DNA from: Longimicrobiales bacterium
GTDB taxonomy: Bacteria; Gemmatimonadota; Gemmatimonadetes; Longimicrobiales; Gaopeijiaceae
Reading direction: 5' to 3'
Length of the DNA stretch: 64,000 bases
Assembly: GCA_965202805.1 (NCBI GenBank)
Contig: OZ241869.1
Coordinates: 1,440,001-1,504,000, forward strand
The position numbers and the translations under genes are program-made. The notes beneath the pieces are model-generated. The model searched no databases and was not told where the DNA came from. It saw nothing but the letters and a program-made list of their open reading frames with translations. Shown here piece by piece: positions 54,961 through 64,000 of this stretch. Every line of letters starts with the position of its first letter. The first letter of the stretch is position 1.

Positions 54961-55563
54961 CTACCCGGAAGACTCCACAAGCCGCTGGATGCACCGGATC
55001 GCCCGCTTCAGGCTGTCCGACCGCTCGGAAGCGATCGGCGGACGCCACTTGGTGCTGGCGAACTCGGCCAACCGGGACGTGTAGGCGGGTCCAACGGCTC
55101 GGCCGCTGCCGCTACGCGGCACCATATCTTCGCGGATGTCTCGGCGACGTGAGCGGCGTGCGAGGTTGGCGACGAATTCCTTTGGGTTGGTCACACTCTC
55201 GGGGTCTTGAGGGATCCGGCTTTTCGCCACACTCAGAAAGCGCGCTGCCGCCTCGCGATCCGCCAATAACCAGGTCTCCACTTCGCGCAGGGCGATGCGA
55301 AAGCAAAGATGCGGAGCAGGATTCGGCAGCCATTCCGCGCGGAGGACCGCCGCGCAATCGGCGTCGTTATCGAGGTCCACAAGGATAACCCAGGGCGCGT
55401 GGCGGGCGGCCTGATTGAACCCTCCGATTCTCTGCTTGAGATAGGGCTTTCCACGGCGTCCATAGACGGTGCCGGTATCGCCGCCGGCATGCCTGATCAG
55501 CCTGCGCACGACGGCTTCGTCCACGACTCCTTCGACTGCCGCACTGAAGACGGATAGGGGCAA
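54961..55563 (-). CDS. TOPRIM-like / DUF4276-like protein, partner of the ABC ATPase
   Basis: AVEGVVDE, LVDLDND (DxD), REVETWLLAD, C-terminal SDSL. Start inferred at TTG 55563, 4 nt after the ATPase stop. Confidence 0.75.
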   Translation of the reverse strand: MPLSVFSAAVEGVVDEAVVRRLIRHAGGDTGTVYGRRGKPYLKQRIGGFNQAARHAPWVILVDLDNDADCAAVLRAEWLPNPAPHLCFRIALREVETWLLADREAAARFLSVAKSRIPQDPESVTNPKEFVANLARRSRRRDIREDMVPRSGSGRAVGPAYTSRLAEFASTKWRPPIASERSDSLKRAIRCIQRLVESSG

Positions 55564-55567
55564 TGGC

Positions 55568-56707
55568 CTACGCGTCCGCAAAAAGTGCGAGTTGGCCGGG
55601 ATTGGTCGGACGAGTCCTAGGGATGACCACGTCGGCCAGCGAAAGGCCAGCATCAAGGAGCTGCTTCACGTCCGAGAGCGAGGTCGTGGGGAAAACCTTG
55701 GCGCCTTCCTTCTGCGGCACGAACAACAGGGTCTCGTCAAGGCCGATCCCGCTGTCCGCCAGGAGATCCGGCGAATGGGTACTCAAGAAGACCTGCCTCC
55801 TGGTGTGTCGTTGCACCCGTGCCAGCATCTGAGGTAACACGCGCACGATCTCTGGATGCAGCGAGAGCTCCGGCTCTTCCAGCAGCAGCGGTCCCTTACC
55901 ATCCATCGTCGCCCACAACACTCCCATCAGGCGAAGGGTGCCGTCCGACAGCTGCCCTTCGCTTTGCCAGGCACCGTGCGGTCGCCAGTGCTGGTATCTG
56001 GCGCGCAGGTGAGGAACACCCCGGACATCCCGCGTCAACTCGATCTCCTCCAGTTGAGGGACGGCGACACGGAGAGCCGTCTGGATCTTGCGCATGCGCG
56101 CGTTCCGCGTTCGCTCGTTCGTTCGGGCGACCTGTTCCAGGAAGTCTCCGCCGTAGGGGTCGTTGGATCTTCCTACCGAGCGATCCGGCTCGCGGACGAG
56201 CTGAGGCACGATGTGGAGGTAGCGGATGGAAGCGAAGAACGTGGACAGGGCGCGGAATTCCAGGTTCACGTTCACCTGTTCAAGATGGGTCTGCGTCAGG
56301 CGAGCTGCGTCGTCACGGTCATCCTGGTCGGGGCGTTCAAGAATCGTCTGGCCATCTCGAATGACTCGCTCGCTCCGCACCAACGGCCTGCGCTGATTGT
56401 CCTGGTTGAAGGCCAGTTGGTAGTCCCAGGAGTGGCCTTCGCCGTTCTCGAGTTCCACATCGATCTCGATGTCGGAGTATCGGCGGGCCGCGAGACAGCG
56501 AATCGTGCTCACGCCGTCCCGCCGACGGACGGCTTCGCCGAAGCCGCCCCCCACCGAAGCAAGATCCCGAAGGAAGCGAAGCGCATCCAGAAGATTGGAC
56601 TTCCCGGAGGCGTTGGGACCCACCAGAAACATCCGATCCTGGAGGTCGACCTCAACGCTCTCGAAGTTCTTCCAGTTCTTCAGGCGGAGCTTGCGGAATC
56701 GAAGCAT
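55568..56707 (-). CDS. Soluble ABC-type ATPase (AAA_21/AAA_15)
   Basis: LKNWKNF, Walker A GPNASGKS, signature LSDGT, Walker B LLLEEPE, H-loop STHS. Start moved to ATG 56707. Confidence 0.9.
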   Translation of the reverse strand: MLRFRKLRLKNWKNFESVEVDLQDRMFLVGPNASGKSNLLDALRFLRDLASVGGGFGEAVRRRDGVSTIRCLAARRYSDIEIDVELENGEGHSWDYQLAFNQDNQRRPLVRSERVIRDGQTILERPDQDDRDDAARLTQTHLEQVNVNLEFRALSTFFASIRYLHIVPQLVREPDRSVGRSNDPYGGDFLEQVARTNERTRNARMRKIQTALRVAVPQLEEIELTRDVRGVPHLRARYQHWRPHGAWQSEGQLSDGTLRLMGVLWATMDGKGPLLLEEPELSLHPEIVRVLPQMLARVQRHTRRQVFLSTHSPDLLADSGIGLDETLLFVPQKEGAKVFPTTSLSDVKQLLDAGLSLADVVIPRTRPTNPGQLALFADA

Positions 56708-56747
56708 GGCAGTGGGTTCGCGAGTTGTCAGCCCTACACGTCGCAGG

Positions 56748-59699
56748 TCACCTTGGAACCGCCAGCAACATGGCGTCCAAGAGGCGTTTTTCCTGGCTAC
56801 CACGAGGATACAGGGCGGAGAGCGCGTTGGCGAGACGCAGGAACTCCGGTCCCCGATCCTGTTCCTCGCTGATCAGCCTCCGAAGGGCGTTCGTGTGGCC
56901 GCTCCGCTGGAGTAGCATGGCCGCGTGAACGCGATCAAGGGTGGTTGCGTCGGGTTCCCGGAGTTCAGCATCACTGCCGAGGATCTTGCCCTTGCGACCA
57001 CGAACGGCTCGTGGTGCCCCAGTTGGTTCCCAGTCGGGGAAGAGGGTCGCTTGAAGATCGGCGTCCTTCTCGAGCTTCCCCGCCGCGACGGAAGCACCTT
57101 CTTCACCGAAGAGTTCCTTAGCCCGCTTGGCCACGGGTAGGAGACGCACAATCCCCTTCTTTTGCTCGATTATTCGATTCGTCCATCGGTCGAGGTTGAT
57201 GCCCATCGGCTGTGCGAAGCGCCGGACAACGTCGAACGGCAGGCTGAGACCCTTGGCAACCGCCTTCGCGATGGCTTCCTCGTCCCTCCTAGCCTTGTTC
57301 TTCTCTTCGGGCTGTTCAGTGCTCTGAAGTGTCCAAAGGAAAAGCGCGGTCAGCCGCGAGTCTTCCTCAAGAGCCCCAATCTGGCCTCCAAAATCTGTCG
57401 ATCTCGCTGTCCCCAATACTCGTTGAAGCGCTGTCCGGCCAACAACCTCCCAGATCTTCTCTAGGTATTCCGGCAGCTTGACCCTTCGCCCCGCGGGTGT
57501 TTCGACAGCACGGTAGCGACTGAAGATTTCCAAGGCGGGCCCGATACACGCAAATACCAAGTCCGCACCACGGATGCCTTCGGCCTGCAAGCGCTCAATC
57601 CAGTCGGCGACACGGCCCGGCAACTCCTGCAGGACTTCGCTCCAATCCCCAATTGGAGCTTCGTTAGCACGTGGTCGACAGACTAAATGGACGCTGGTAG
57701 CGAGCGCAGCAGAATCCCGAGCACGGAGACGCGCACTCCTCTCGGTCGCGATTGGCCATGATGCAGTAATCGTCCATCCGCCTCGGATCATTCCGGCAAG
57801 CAGTGCTTCCCATCCTTCCGTGGTCTTGTGCGCAAAAACAACGCAACCTATTCCCTCGCTATTCAGCACCCGGCAGCCTTCCGCGAAGGTTTTGGACATC
57901 ATCTCTTCGAACCACTCACGGTCCTTTGGGCGACCTTGCACTTGTTTAGTCTTGTCCTGGACGATCTCGGATCGTTTCGGCGATAGAGGGTTGTCAGGAT
58001 CAAAGGGATCTCGTAGTACCGCGTGATCGGGCAGCGCTCGTTTCAGCCACACCAAGAAGAAATCCGACAGATCGGAGTATGGTATCGCATCGTAGTAGGG
58101 CGGATCCGTGAACCATACATCACTGGTCTCATCAGGCAGAGGATGTTGAATCGAATCTGCGAGCTCAGTCTGTCCCACGTGCGTTAGGTCGCGAACGCTC
58201 TTCTCAATGCAGTCAGCAACGTCTTTGAAACAGTTTTTTAGTCCACCTGCATAGGACACATCGGGATACATTTCCGGGAAATCCCAAGACATCGGTAGCG
58301 TTTGCATTCCAAACGCTCCGGCAACAGTCTCGCTCTTCCTGTGCCATTTGCTAAGCACGTTGCAATGCCGAAGGAGTTTCCCCAATGACAACGCTACCAG
58401 ACGCTGAAGTGCTTGTGTTTCCATTACTGCACTGTTTGCCAATCGCGACAAGAGCAATATAATGGCCATTTTTTGGCGGGCTGTGAACAAGTCTTGCCAT
58501 TCAAGTATCCCATATCGTTGAACACGAAAACCAAGAGTGCCGACCGGTGGCAATCGTTCGTCCGGCACGGGACAAGCGCCCTTCCTTCCGAGTCGCTCCC
58601 ATTTCTGGAGGATGTCCGCAAGCCGGTCTTGCGAGCGGCGCACAGCCTCATAGTCGGCCTCACATGGTGACCTGTAATACCGCCTCTTCGCGCCCGGTGG
58701 TACGGTCGCCACTGCCATCATCCGTGCTCCACCAATGCGACAACCCTCTTCGTCAAAGACAACATCGGTACCGCCGCGTTGGATCGCAATCTGATGTCGT
58801 ACTCGCTCACGGGACAGCACCGAGCCACAGCAAAGGCAGGTTGCTTTGGCTCCGGACACAGTCGCACCACCTACCTCGCTGGCCGAAATCGGCTTGAACA
58901 ACTCAAACGCAAGTCTCGGCTGACTTCCAGCAGCCCGGATTATCCGATGCCGAAGTGCCCGCCTGCGCTTTGGCTTTTGACACAACCAAAAGGAACGCAT
59001 CAGCGGAATTTCTGCGCCGCAAGCTGGCGCTTCACAGCGCACTGTACGCGCCCAGAGAAAGGCAAACGGAGTCGCTCCGTCGGGGTCAGCAGGAAATAGC
59101 TCAGCCAGATCTTGTTCCGCCTGCCGTCGAGTATCGTTGGCGACGCGACGAAACTCGTCAATCAACGGTCCCCCACCCCGTGGGATGTCGTCTAGGAGTG
59201 CCTTAAGTATGAGGCACGCCACAGGATTCAGATCGCTAGCAAAGGTGTCACAACCCAACCGGAGAGCTTCGAATGGAATTGATCCACCACCCGCGAATGG
59301 GTCTACCACTAAGGGAGATGCCGGGCCGTGGGCAGCACTGACCAGGGCCCGTGCCACCCGAAGGTATATGGGATGGCCAGCCATCTCCCAACTAGAAAAG
59401 ACACCAATGAACCAGAGCAATGCCTTTCGCAGTTCCATGTCGTTCGCCGGGCGACGACGAATTTCTTGCAGGATTTGCCGGGCTTGTTTCTTGAAACCGC
59501 TTGGACAATGGTCGTCGCATGGGTCTGGTAGCAGCAATGCGATTAGCAATCCCCGACAGGAAGCCAACGGCCTCCGAGCCCACCAAAGATGAAGCTTAGA
59601 CGGGTGGCCCAGAGTTGTATTCTGTCGGACAGCATGCCGGGATACTTCGGCTATCGGAAAATCTACCTCAGCAAGGCGTTTGCAACTCCTAGGAATCAT
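56748..59699 (-). CDS. DUF1156 adenine-specific DNA methyltransferase with Zn ribbon
   Basis: LHLWWARRPL, motif I DPFAGGGSIP, motif IV TDPPYYD, Cys clusters CEAPAC and CLCC. Start moved to ATG 59699. Confidence 0.9.
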   Translation of the reverse strand: MIPRSCKRLAEVDFPIAEVSRHAVRQNTTLGHPSKLHLWWARRPLASCRGLLIALLLPDPCDDHCPSGFKKQARQILQEIRRRPANDMELRKALLWFIGVFSSWEMAGHPIYLRVARALVSAAHGPASPLVVDPFAGGGSIPFEALRLGCDTFASDLNPVACLILKALLDDIPRGGGPLIDEFRRVANDTRRQAEQDLAELFPADPDGATPFAFLWARTVRCEAPACGAEIPLMRSFWLCQKPKRRRALRHRIIRAAGSQPRLAFELFKPISASEVGGATVSGAKATCLCCGSVLSRERVRHQIAIQRGGTDVVFDEEGCRIGGARMMAVATVPPGAKRRYYRSPCEADYEAVRRSQDRLADILQKWERLGRKGACPVPDERLPPVGTLGFRVQRYGILEWQDLFTARQKMAIILLLSRLANSAVMETQALQRLVALSLGKLLRHCNVLSKWHRKSETVAGAFGMQTLPMSWDFPEMYPDVSYAGGLKNCFKDVADCIEKSVRDLTHVGQTELADSIQHPLPDETSDVWFTDPPYYDAIPYSDLSDFFLVWLKRALPDHAVLRDPFDPDNPLSPKRSEIVQDKTKQVQGRPKDREWFEEMMSKTFAEGCRVLNSEGIGCVVFAHKTTEGWEALLAGMIRGGWTITASWPIATERSARLRARDSAALATSVHLVCRPRANEAPIGDWSEVLQELPGRVADWIERLQAEGIRGADLVFACIGPALEIFSRYRAVETPAGRRVKLPEYLEKIWEVVGRTALQRVLGTARSTDFGGQIGALEEDSRLTALFLWTLQSTEQPEEKNKARRDEEAIAKAVAKGLSLPFDVVRRFAQPMGINLDRWTNRIIEQKKGIVRLLPVAKRAKELFGEEGASVAAGKLEKDADLQATLFPDWEPTGAPRAVRGRKGKILGSDAELREPDATTLDRVHAAMLLQRSGHTNALRRLISEEQDRGPEFLRLANALSALYPRGSQEKRLLDAMLLAVPR

Positions 59700-59889
59700 G
59701 CGGACTTCTGGTCCTTTTCGTAAGGTAATCCAAGGGTTCCCGAAATGCTGAAGAGTTGATGCTGGAAGTGCGTACAATAGTTGCGGATGTGGTCACGATC
59801 ATCGATCCGTGCCCTAGAGACTTGATCCCCACAACTACGGAGCAGCCAATGGACCGGCGGTCGTGGGCCAGCGACGGAGCGCCCATCAT
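59689..59889 (-). CDS. Possible 66-aa ORF bridging helicase and methylase
   Basis: ATGA overlap with the helicase stop and 11-bp overlap with the methylase start; no recognisable motif. Confidence 0.25.
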   Translation of the reverse strand: MMGAPSLAHDRRSIGCSVVVGIKSLGHGSMIVTTSATIVRTSSINSSAFREPLDYLTKRTRSPHDS

Positions 59890-62800
59890 GATCTATCCCT
59901 TCTTGAGATTTCGTACGATCCCTCATCTTCTCTAATCTTCATAGGTTGGATGATTGCATCAACCTCCAGCCAGTAATGTTGCACCTTCGTGACTTCACGC
60001 CAAGGACTGCGCGCAGGATCCGGCACGGGCTCCTGGAGCTGCGGTTCGCCCGCACAATTCGTAACCACATAAAGCCAGTAGCAGTCTGGACGATCCTCCG
60101 CTACTCGTCGCTCGTTGGGGGTGAGCAGTATCGTTCCCTTGGCCCCGGCCAGACCCTTGATCTCGATTAGCCGAAGTTCGCCAGAGCGGAGGTCAAGACT
60201 GGTGATGTCGTAGCCCAAGTTCTTCTCGTGAACGTCCGTGACCTGACACCCCCGCGACTCTTCGTAGTCCATGACGACGCACATGGCGGTCATCTCGGTC
60301 TCAGGATTGGGTCGCAACCGGCGGACATCCGGTGATCCGCGCTCGGGATGCGGCAGGACCAACACGCTAGCCAGCCGCTCGACCCCTTGGAGCGTTACCG
60401 CACGCTGACGGGTTAGCTCCTCCCGACGTTGATTGCGGCGCGCCATGACGTCGTCGTGTCTGGCTTCAGCCTGAGCAAGTCGTCCCTGGGAGCCCGTGAC
60501 TCCCCTTGTAACCTCGTCGGCAGCGCGACCGATTTCATCGTCGATCCGCTGCAGGACTTCGGTCAAAGACAGTTCGACATGCCTTGCGATACGGTCGGAC
60601 TCGGCCAGACGATCCTCCCGAACCTCCTTGATGAAGGGCATCAGCGCATGCTGGCTGAGCCACGAGGTCGGGTCGGGCAGAGCGGCGGCGGGCGGTAGTT
60701 CATGAGGCACAGGAGCGGGGATGAGGTTACCCAGGGCATCTGCTTCCCTCAGTGTCGGCGTCCCGTCGCATGCCAATTCGACCGTGAAGAGCCGCTCGTG
60801 GATCACCTTGCCGAGCCCATCCACGACACGAGCACGGTAGAAGTCGAGGCGAGAAGGCTCATCCTGCGCGATCGAATAGAAGCAGGCACCTGCGGAAAAG
60901 GCCTCCTGTGCCCGGTCGCGGGCATGCCGCCGGAGCGCCTCGAAGAGCGGATGTCCCGGAGTGACCCACTCAAGATGATGTTTCTCAGCGACCTTGCGAT
61001 CCGTTGAGAGACGGGGATAGCGCACGGCAAGGTCCTGGAGTTTCCAATCTGCTTCGCGCTCATATCTCCTCAGGGACAGCGGCGTCCGTCCCGGGGCAAA
61101 GGTGTGTGCGGGGCGGCGGAGCGGCTTCAGGGGCAGGCGAGCATCCCGGGCGCACTCGTTGATGAATCGCGCGATCGTCTCCGGCACCATGCGGCGTTCC
61201 TGGGCCCGCGCCTTGCGCTCGACCAGCATATCGAGGTTCAACTTCCTCGCGGCCAATCCCTCCAGTGCATTCTGGCAGATGCTGCGGAAGTGGCCCTCAT
61301 CGACATTCTTCAGGAGCCGTTCCTCAAGATCCTGGTGGCCTAGCCTGCCGGCGTAGTAGTCCCGAAGGACGCGTTCGACCTGTGCCGAAGGGAGCACTTC
61401 GCCCACCACGTTGAACACCGCGTCATCGTCCAAAGCGTCCCGGATCTCCTGAAGCTTCTGGTGCAGCCGCCCCAGCACCCGTCCTTCGATGGTGTTGGTG
61501 GCGACAAAGTTGAAGATCAGGCAGTCCTCCTGCTGTCCGTAGCGGTGAATCCGGCCCATGCGTTGCTCGAGCCGGTTCGGGTTCCAGGGGATGTCGTAGT
61601 TGAACAGGATGTGGCAGCACTGGAGGTTGATGCCTTCGCCGGCCGCCTCGGTGGCCACGAGAACCTGGATGGCGCCCTCGCGGAATTGCTGCTCCACGTA
61701 GAGCCGTGTTCCGGGTTCGTCCCGCGATCCCGGCTTCATTCCCCCGTGGATGCACCCGACTACAAAGCCCCAGGCTTCAAGCCTTTGCATCAGGTAGGAG
61801 AGGGTGTCCTTGAACTCCGTGAAGATCAGGAGACGCTGGTCGGGTCTGTCGAAGAACCCCTCCTCCTGCATGATCTGGTGGAGATGCGCGAGCTTCGCCT
61901 CGTTTCCGGAGTCCTCGACTGCCCTCGCCTCTTCCGCCAACTCTTTGAGTTCCGCGATTTCCGCCCGTACCTGCTCCGCGTTGCCGGCAAGCGTAATCGC
62001 TTCCAGCATCCGCTCCAGGCGCTCGCGCTCCACGTCTTCGTACTCCTCCAACTCCTCGAGGTCGGGCAGGTCCGGCGGTGCCGTACGGGCCAGACGTTCG
62101 GCCTGTCGCAGTCCATCATCGAGACGCTTGGCCCGGTTCTCCAGCGACCGGCGCAGGGAGTGCGTACTGGAAGCAAGCCGTCTCTGGTAGAGCGACATCA
62201 GGAAACCGACGGCGCGGGCGCGCGGATCATTGCTTCGCTCGGCCGCCCGGCGGCTTTGCCGCTTCACAAATCGCGTCACACGCGTGTAGAGGTCGAATTC
62301 CGCCCCATCGATCCTGAAGTCGGCCGTGCGGGGGATGCGCTTCGTGAAGACCGGTTGCGCGGCCCAGGTACCGTCCGATTGCCGTGTCGGGAAGTAGACC
62401 ATCGCTTCCTTTGTACGACGCAGGTAGAACGGCGCCCTCTGTCGTTCCATGGCCTCGTTGATGGAACGCACGTCGGCGTATGCATCGCGGTCCAGCAACT
62501 GAAGGAAGAGCGTGAAGTTCTTCGCATCACCCTTATGCGGCGTGGCTGTCAGCAGCAGGATGTGGTCCGCCGCGTCGCGCAGGATCTCTCCCAGCTTGTA
62601 GCGCAGGCTCTTGTGGCCTTCGTCGCGCGCCGACATTCGATGCGCCTCGTCGACGATGACGAGGTCCCAGCCTGCCTGCTGTAGTCCGGGAAGGATATCC
62701 TGGCGCTTGGCGAGATCAAGCGAAGTGATGACCTGGTTCTGCTCAAGCCACTGGTTGACGCCGAACTGGTCGCGGATGTCGCTCCCCTTCAACACGATGA

Positions 62801-63338
62801 ACTTCTCGTCGAACTTCTCCCTCAGCTCCCGCTGCCACTGGAAGGAGAGGTTGGCGGGACAGACCACGAGAACGCGTTCGATGAGGCCTCGTAGCTTGAG
62901 TTCGCGGACGAGCAGGCCCGCCATGATGGTCTTGCCGGCACCCGCGTCGTCGGCCAAGAGGAACCGCACGCTGGGAAGCTTGAGGAGGTGTTCGTAGACG
63001 GCCTCCAACTGATGCGGAAGCGGGTCGACGCGCGAGATGGACAGCCCGAAGTACGGATCGAACTCGTAGGCGATGCCGAGCGAGTAAGCCTGGAGTCCAA
63101 GGCGGAGAAGCCGGCCATCGCCATCGTAGGACAGAGCGGCGTCGGCGATGGTTAGGCTGGCTACGTCACTGGATGTGAGGGTTACCCGACGGAATCGCTC
63201 GGACCGCATGCCGACCAAGCCTACCATCCAGATGTCGGAACCGCTCGCTCGCACGGTCTCCACCTGCATCGGCTCGCTGAACAAGGGGCCGGTGACGATC
63301 TGGCCTTCCTGCAGCGTGGTTGGGTCGGATGTCGTCAT
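59886..63338 (-). CDS. SNF2-family helicase with C-terminal DUF3883 (PD-(D/E)xK-type) nuclease domain
   Basis: PLPHQ, LADDAGAGKT, DEAH, TATPH, GEGINLQ, QRMGRIHRYGQ; C-terminal GYDITS...IEIKG...LTPNE. Confidence 0.92.
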   Translation of the reverse strand: MTTSDPTTLQEGQIVTGPLFSEPMQVETVRASGSDIWMVGLVGMRSERFRRVTLTSSDVASLTIADAALSYDGDGRLLRLGLQAYSLGIAYEFDPYFGLSISRVDPLPHQLEAVYEHLLKLPSVRFLLADDAGAGKTIMAGLLVRELKLRGLIERVLVVCPANLSFQWQRELREKFDEKFIVLKGSDIRDQFGVNQWLEQNQVITSLDLAKRQDILPGLQQAGWDLVIVDEAHRMSARDEGHKSLRYKLGEILRDAADHILLLTATPHKGDAKNFTLFLQLLDRDAYADVRSINEAMERQRAPFYLRRTKEAMVYFPTRQSDGTWAAQPVFTKRIPRTADFRIDGAEFDLYTRVTRFVKRQSRRAAERSNDPRARAVGFLMSLYQRRLASSTHSLRRSLENRAKRLDDGLRQAERLARTAPPDLPDLEELEEYEDVERERLERMLEAITLAGNAEQVRAEIAELKELAEEARAVEDSGNEAKLAHLHQIMQEEGFFDRPDQRLLIFTEFKDTLSYLMQRLEAWGFVVGCIHGGMKPGSRDEPGTRLYVEQQFREGAIQVLVATEAAGEGINLQCCHILFNYDIPWNPNRLEQRMGRIHRYGQQEDCLIFNFVATNTIEGRVLGRLHQKLQEIRDALDDDAVFNVVGEVLPSAQVERVLRDYYAGRLGHQDLEERLLKNVDEGHFRSICQNALEGLAARKLNLDMLVERKARAQERRMVPETIARFINECARDARLPLKPLRRPAHTFAPGRTPLSLRRYEREADWKLQDLAVRYPRLSTDRKVAEKHHLEWVTPGHPLFEALRRHARDRAQEAFSAGACFYSIAQDEPSRLDFYRARVVDGLGKVIHERLFTVELACDGTPTLREADALGNLIPAPVPHELPPAAALPDPTSWLSQHALMPFIKEVREDRLAESDRIARHVELSLTEVLQRIDDEIGRAADEVTRGVTGSQGRLAQAEARHDDVMARRNQRREELTRQRAVTLQGVERLASVLVLPHPERGSPDVRRLRPNPETEMTAMCVVMDYEESRGCQVTDVHEKNLGYDITSLDLRSGELRLIEIKGLAGAKGTILLTPNERRVAEDRPDCYWLYVVTNCAGEPQLQEPVPDPARSPWREVTKVQHYWLEVDAIIQPMKIREDEGSYEISRRDRS

Positions 63339-63453
63339 GGAGGCAGGATCAACGGTCGCGTCAAATCACCAAGGCGACCGGAATATGTCATAATCGGGCC
63401 AGTCTTGCCTATCTCGCCGGTGCGGAAACGTTGGCGAGCAGTCCGCAGAGGTG

Positions 63454-63474
63454 TACCATATGCCATATGTAGCA
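63454..63474 (+). repeat. Right island-flanking direct repeat TACCATATGCCATATGTAGCA
   Basis: First 15 bp identical to 48513-48527. Confidence 0.8.
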
Positions 63475-63477
63475 ACC

Positions 63478-64000
63478 TCACCCCTGGTGGAGGTCGATGC
63501 CGGCCGCCAACGCTCTCGCCCTCGCGAACCGACCCGCCAGACCCGGACGGCTCTCCCAGTTGGCGGTGATGTGCAGGCCAGCCGGCAGCCGGAGCCCCCG
63601 GAGTGCCGACCACGAGGTGTCCCATGCGGGCATTGCGGGGTGGGCGATGGCGATTGGCTCCGCGTCGTATCCGGTGCAACGGTGGAATTCGGAAGCGGCG
63701 ATTGCACCGAGCGCGGCACCACTGCTCGCGCTGGCGACCTCGGGCCGCGCGTTGTCGGGACAGGTGCGAAACTCGCGTGTGTCGGAGAGGGCTTCGGCCC
63801 ACCCTGATCCGCCGCCGACCCCGTGGCCACCTCGGCGGGCGCCTTCCTGGTGACCGGCGCGCAAATAGGCCGTGTACACCCCGGTACGGTCCCGGTGGCC
63901 CCCTTCCCCGCCGAACAGGCAGTGGCTGAAGGTCACGCCACGCAGGGGGCACGACTCCGCCAGCGACATCTGGAAACCGATCCCGCGAAGGTCGGTGTCG
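63478..64000 (-). CDS. 3' part of a hypothetical gene entering from the right edge; weak pentapeptide-repeat-like text, possibly degenerate
   Basis: Frame is open to the window edge: DTDLRGIGFQMSLAESCPLRGVTFSHCLF; the remainder is unconvincing. Confidence 0.25.
   Translation of the reverse strand, partial: DTDLRGIGFQMSLAESCPLRGVTFSHCLFGGEGGHRDRTGVYTAYLRAGHQEGARRGGHGVGGGSGWAEALSDTREFRTCPDNARPEVASASSGAALGAIAASEFHRCTGYDAEPIAIAHPAMPAWDTSWSALRGLRLPAGLHITANWESRPGLAGRFARARALAAGIDLHQG

Larger units (their letters stand above)
48513..63474 (-). mobile_element. Putative horizontally acquired defence island of about 15 kb; no integrase seen
   Basis: Seven co-oriented defence-type genes, visibly lower GC, flanking 15-bp direct repeat. 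Confidence 0.6.

Noticed and set aside
48657..63338. Classifying the island as canonical BREX, DISARM or type III RM
   Set aside because: No PglZ, DrmA/DrmB or Mod/Res pair was recognised.

Overview
High-GC bacterial window with three parts. (1) 1-21.3 kb: housekeeping and secreted-hydrolase genes (two beta-lactamase-fold serine hydrolases, threonine ammonia-lyase, Tsx-like porin, EEP nuclease, S1 protease, Ig/cadherin-like lipoprotein, beta-propeller, nitroreductase, an OmpR-type two-component system, a Tat-exported intradiol dioxygenase-like protein, amidohydrolase, amidase). (2) 21.3-47.5 kb: two tandem, diverged copies of a mono-modular type I PKS/FAS cluster matching the sponge-symbiont swf type (KS-AT-DH-ER-KR-ACP synthase, thioester reductase-sulfotransferase, B12-dependent radical SAM). 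The gene order differs between copies (A-C-B and A-B-C). Each copy is preceded by a STAS gene and a 90-aa unknown gene, and four upstream regions share a TGCGACA-N14-TGCGACA direct repeat. (3) 48.5-63.5 kb: a lower-GC defence island bounded by a 15-bp direct repeat. It carries an SNF2-DUF3883 helicase, a DUF1156 adenine methylase and a DUF499 ATPase, with three candidate effector modules nested between methylase and ATPase (ABC ATPase plus TOPRIM-like protein, DUF262/GmrSD-Schlafen fusion, HEPN protein). The gene content suggests a marine sponge symbiont, possibly Gemmatimonadota; this is inference only. No rRNA, tRNA, CRISPR array, integrase or transposase was recognised. All family calls come from reading motifs by eye, not from database searches.
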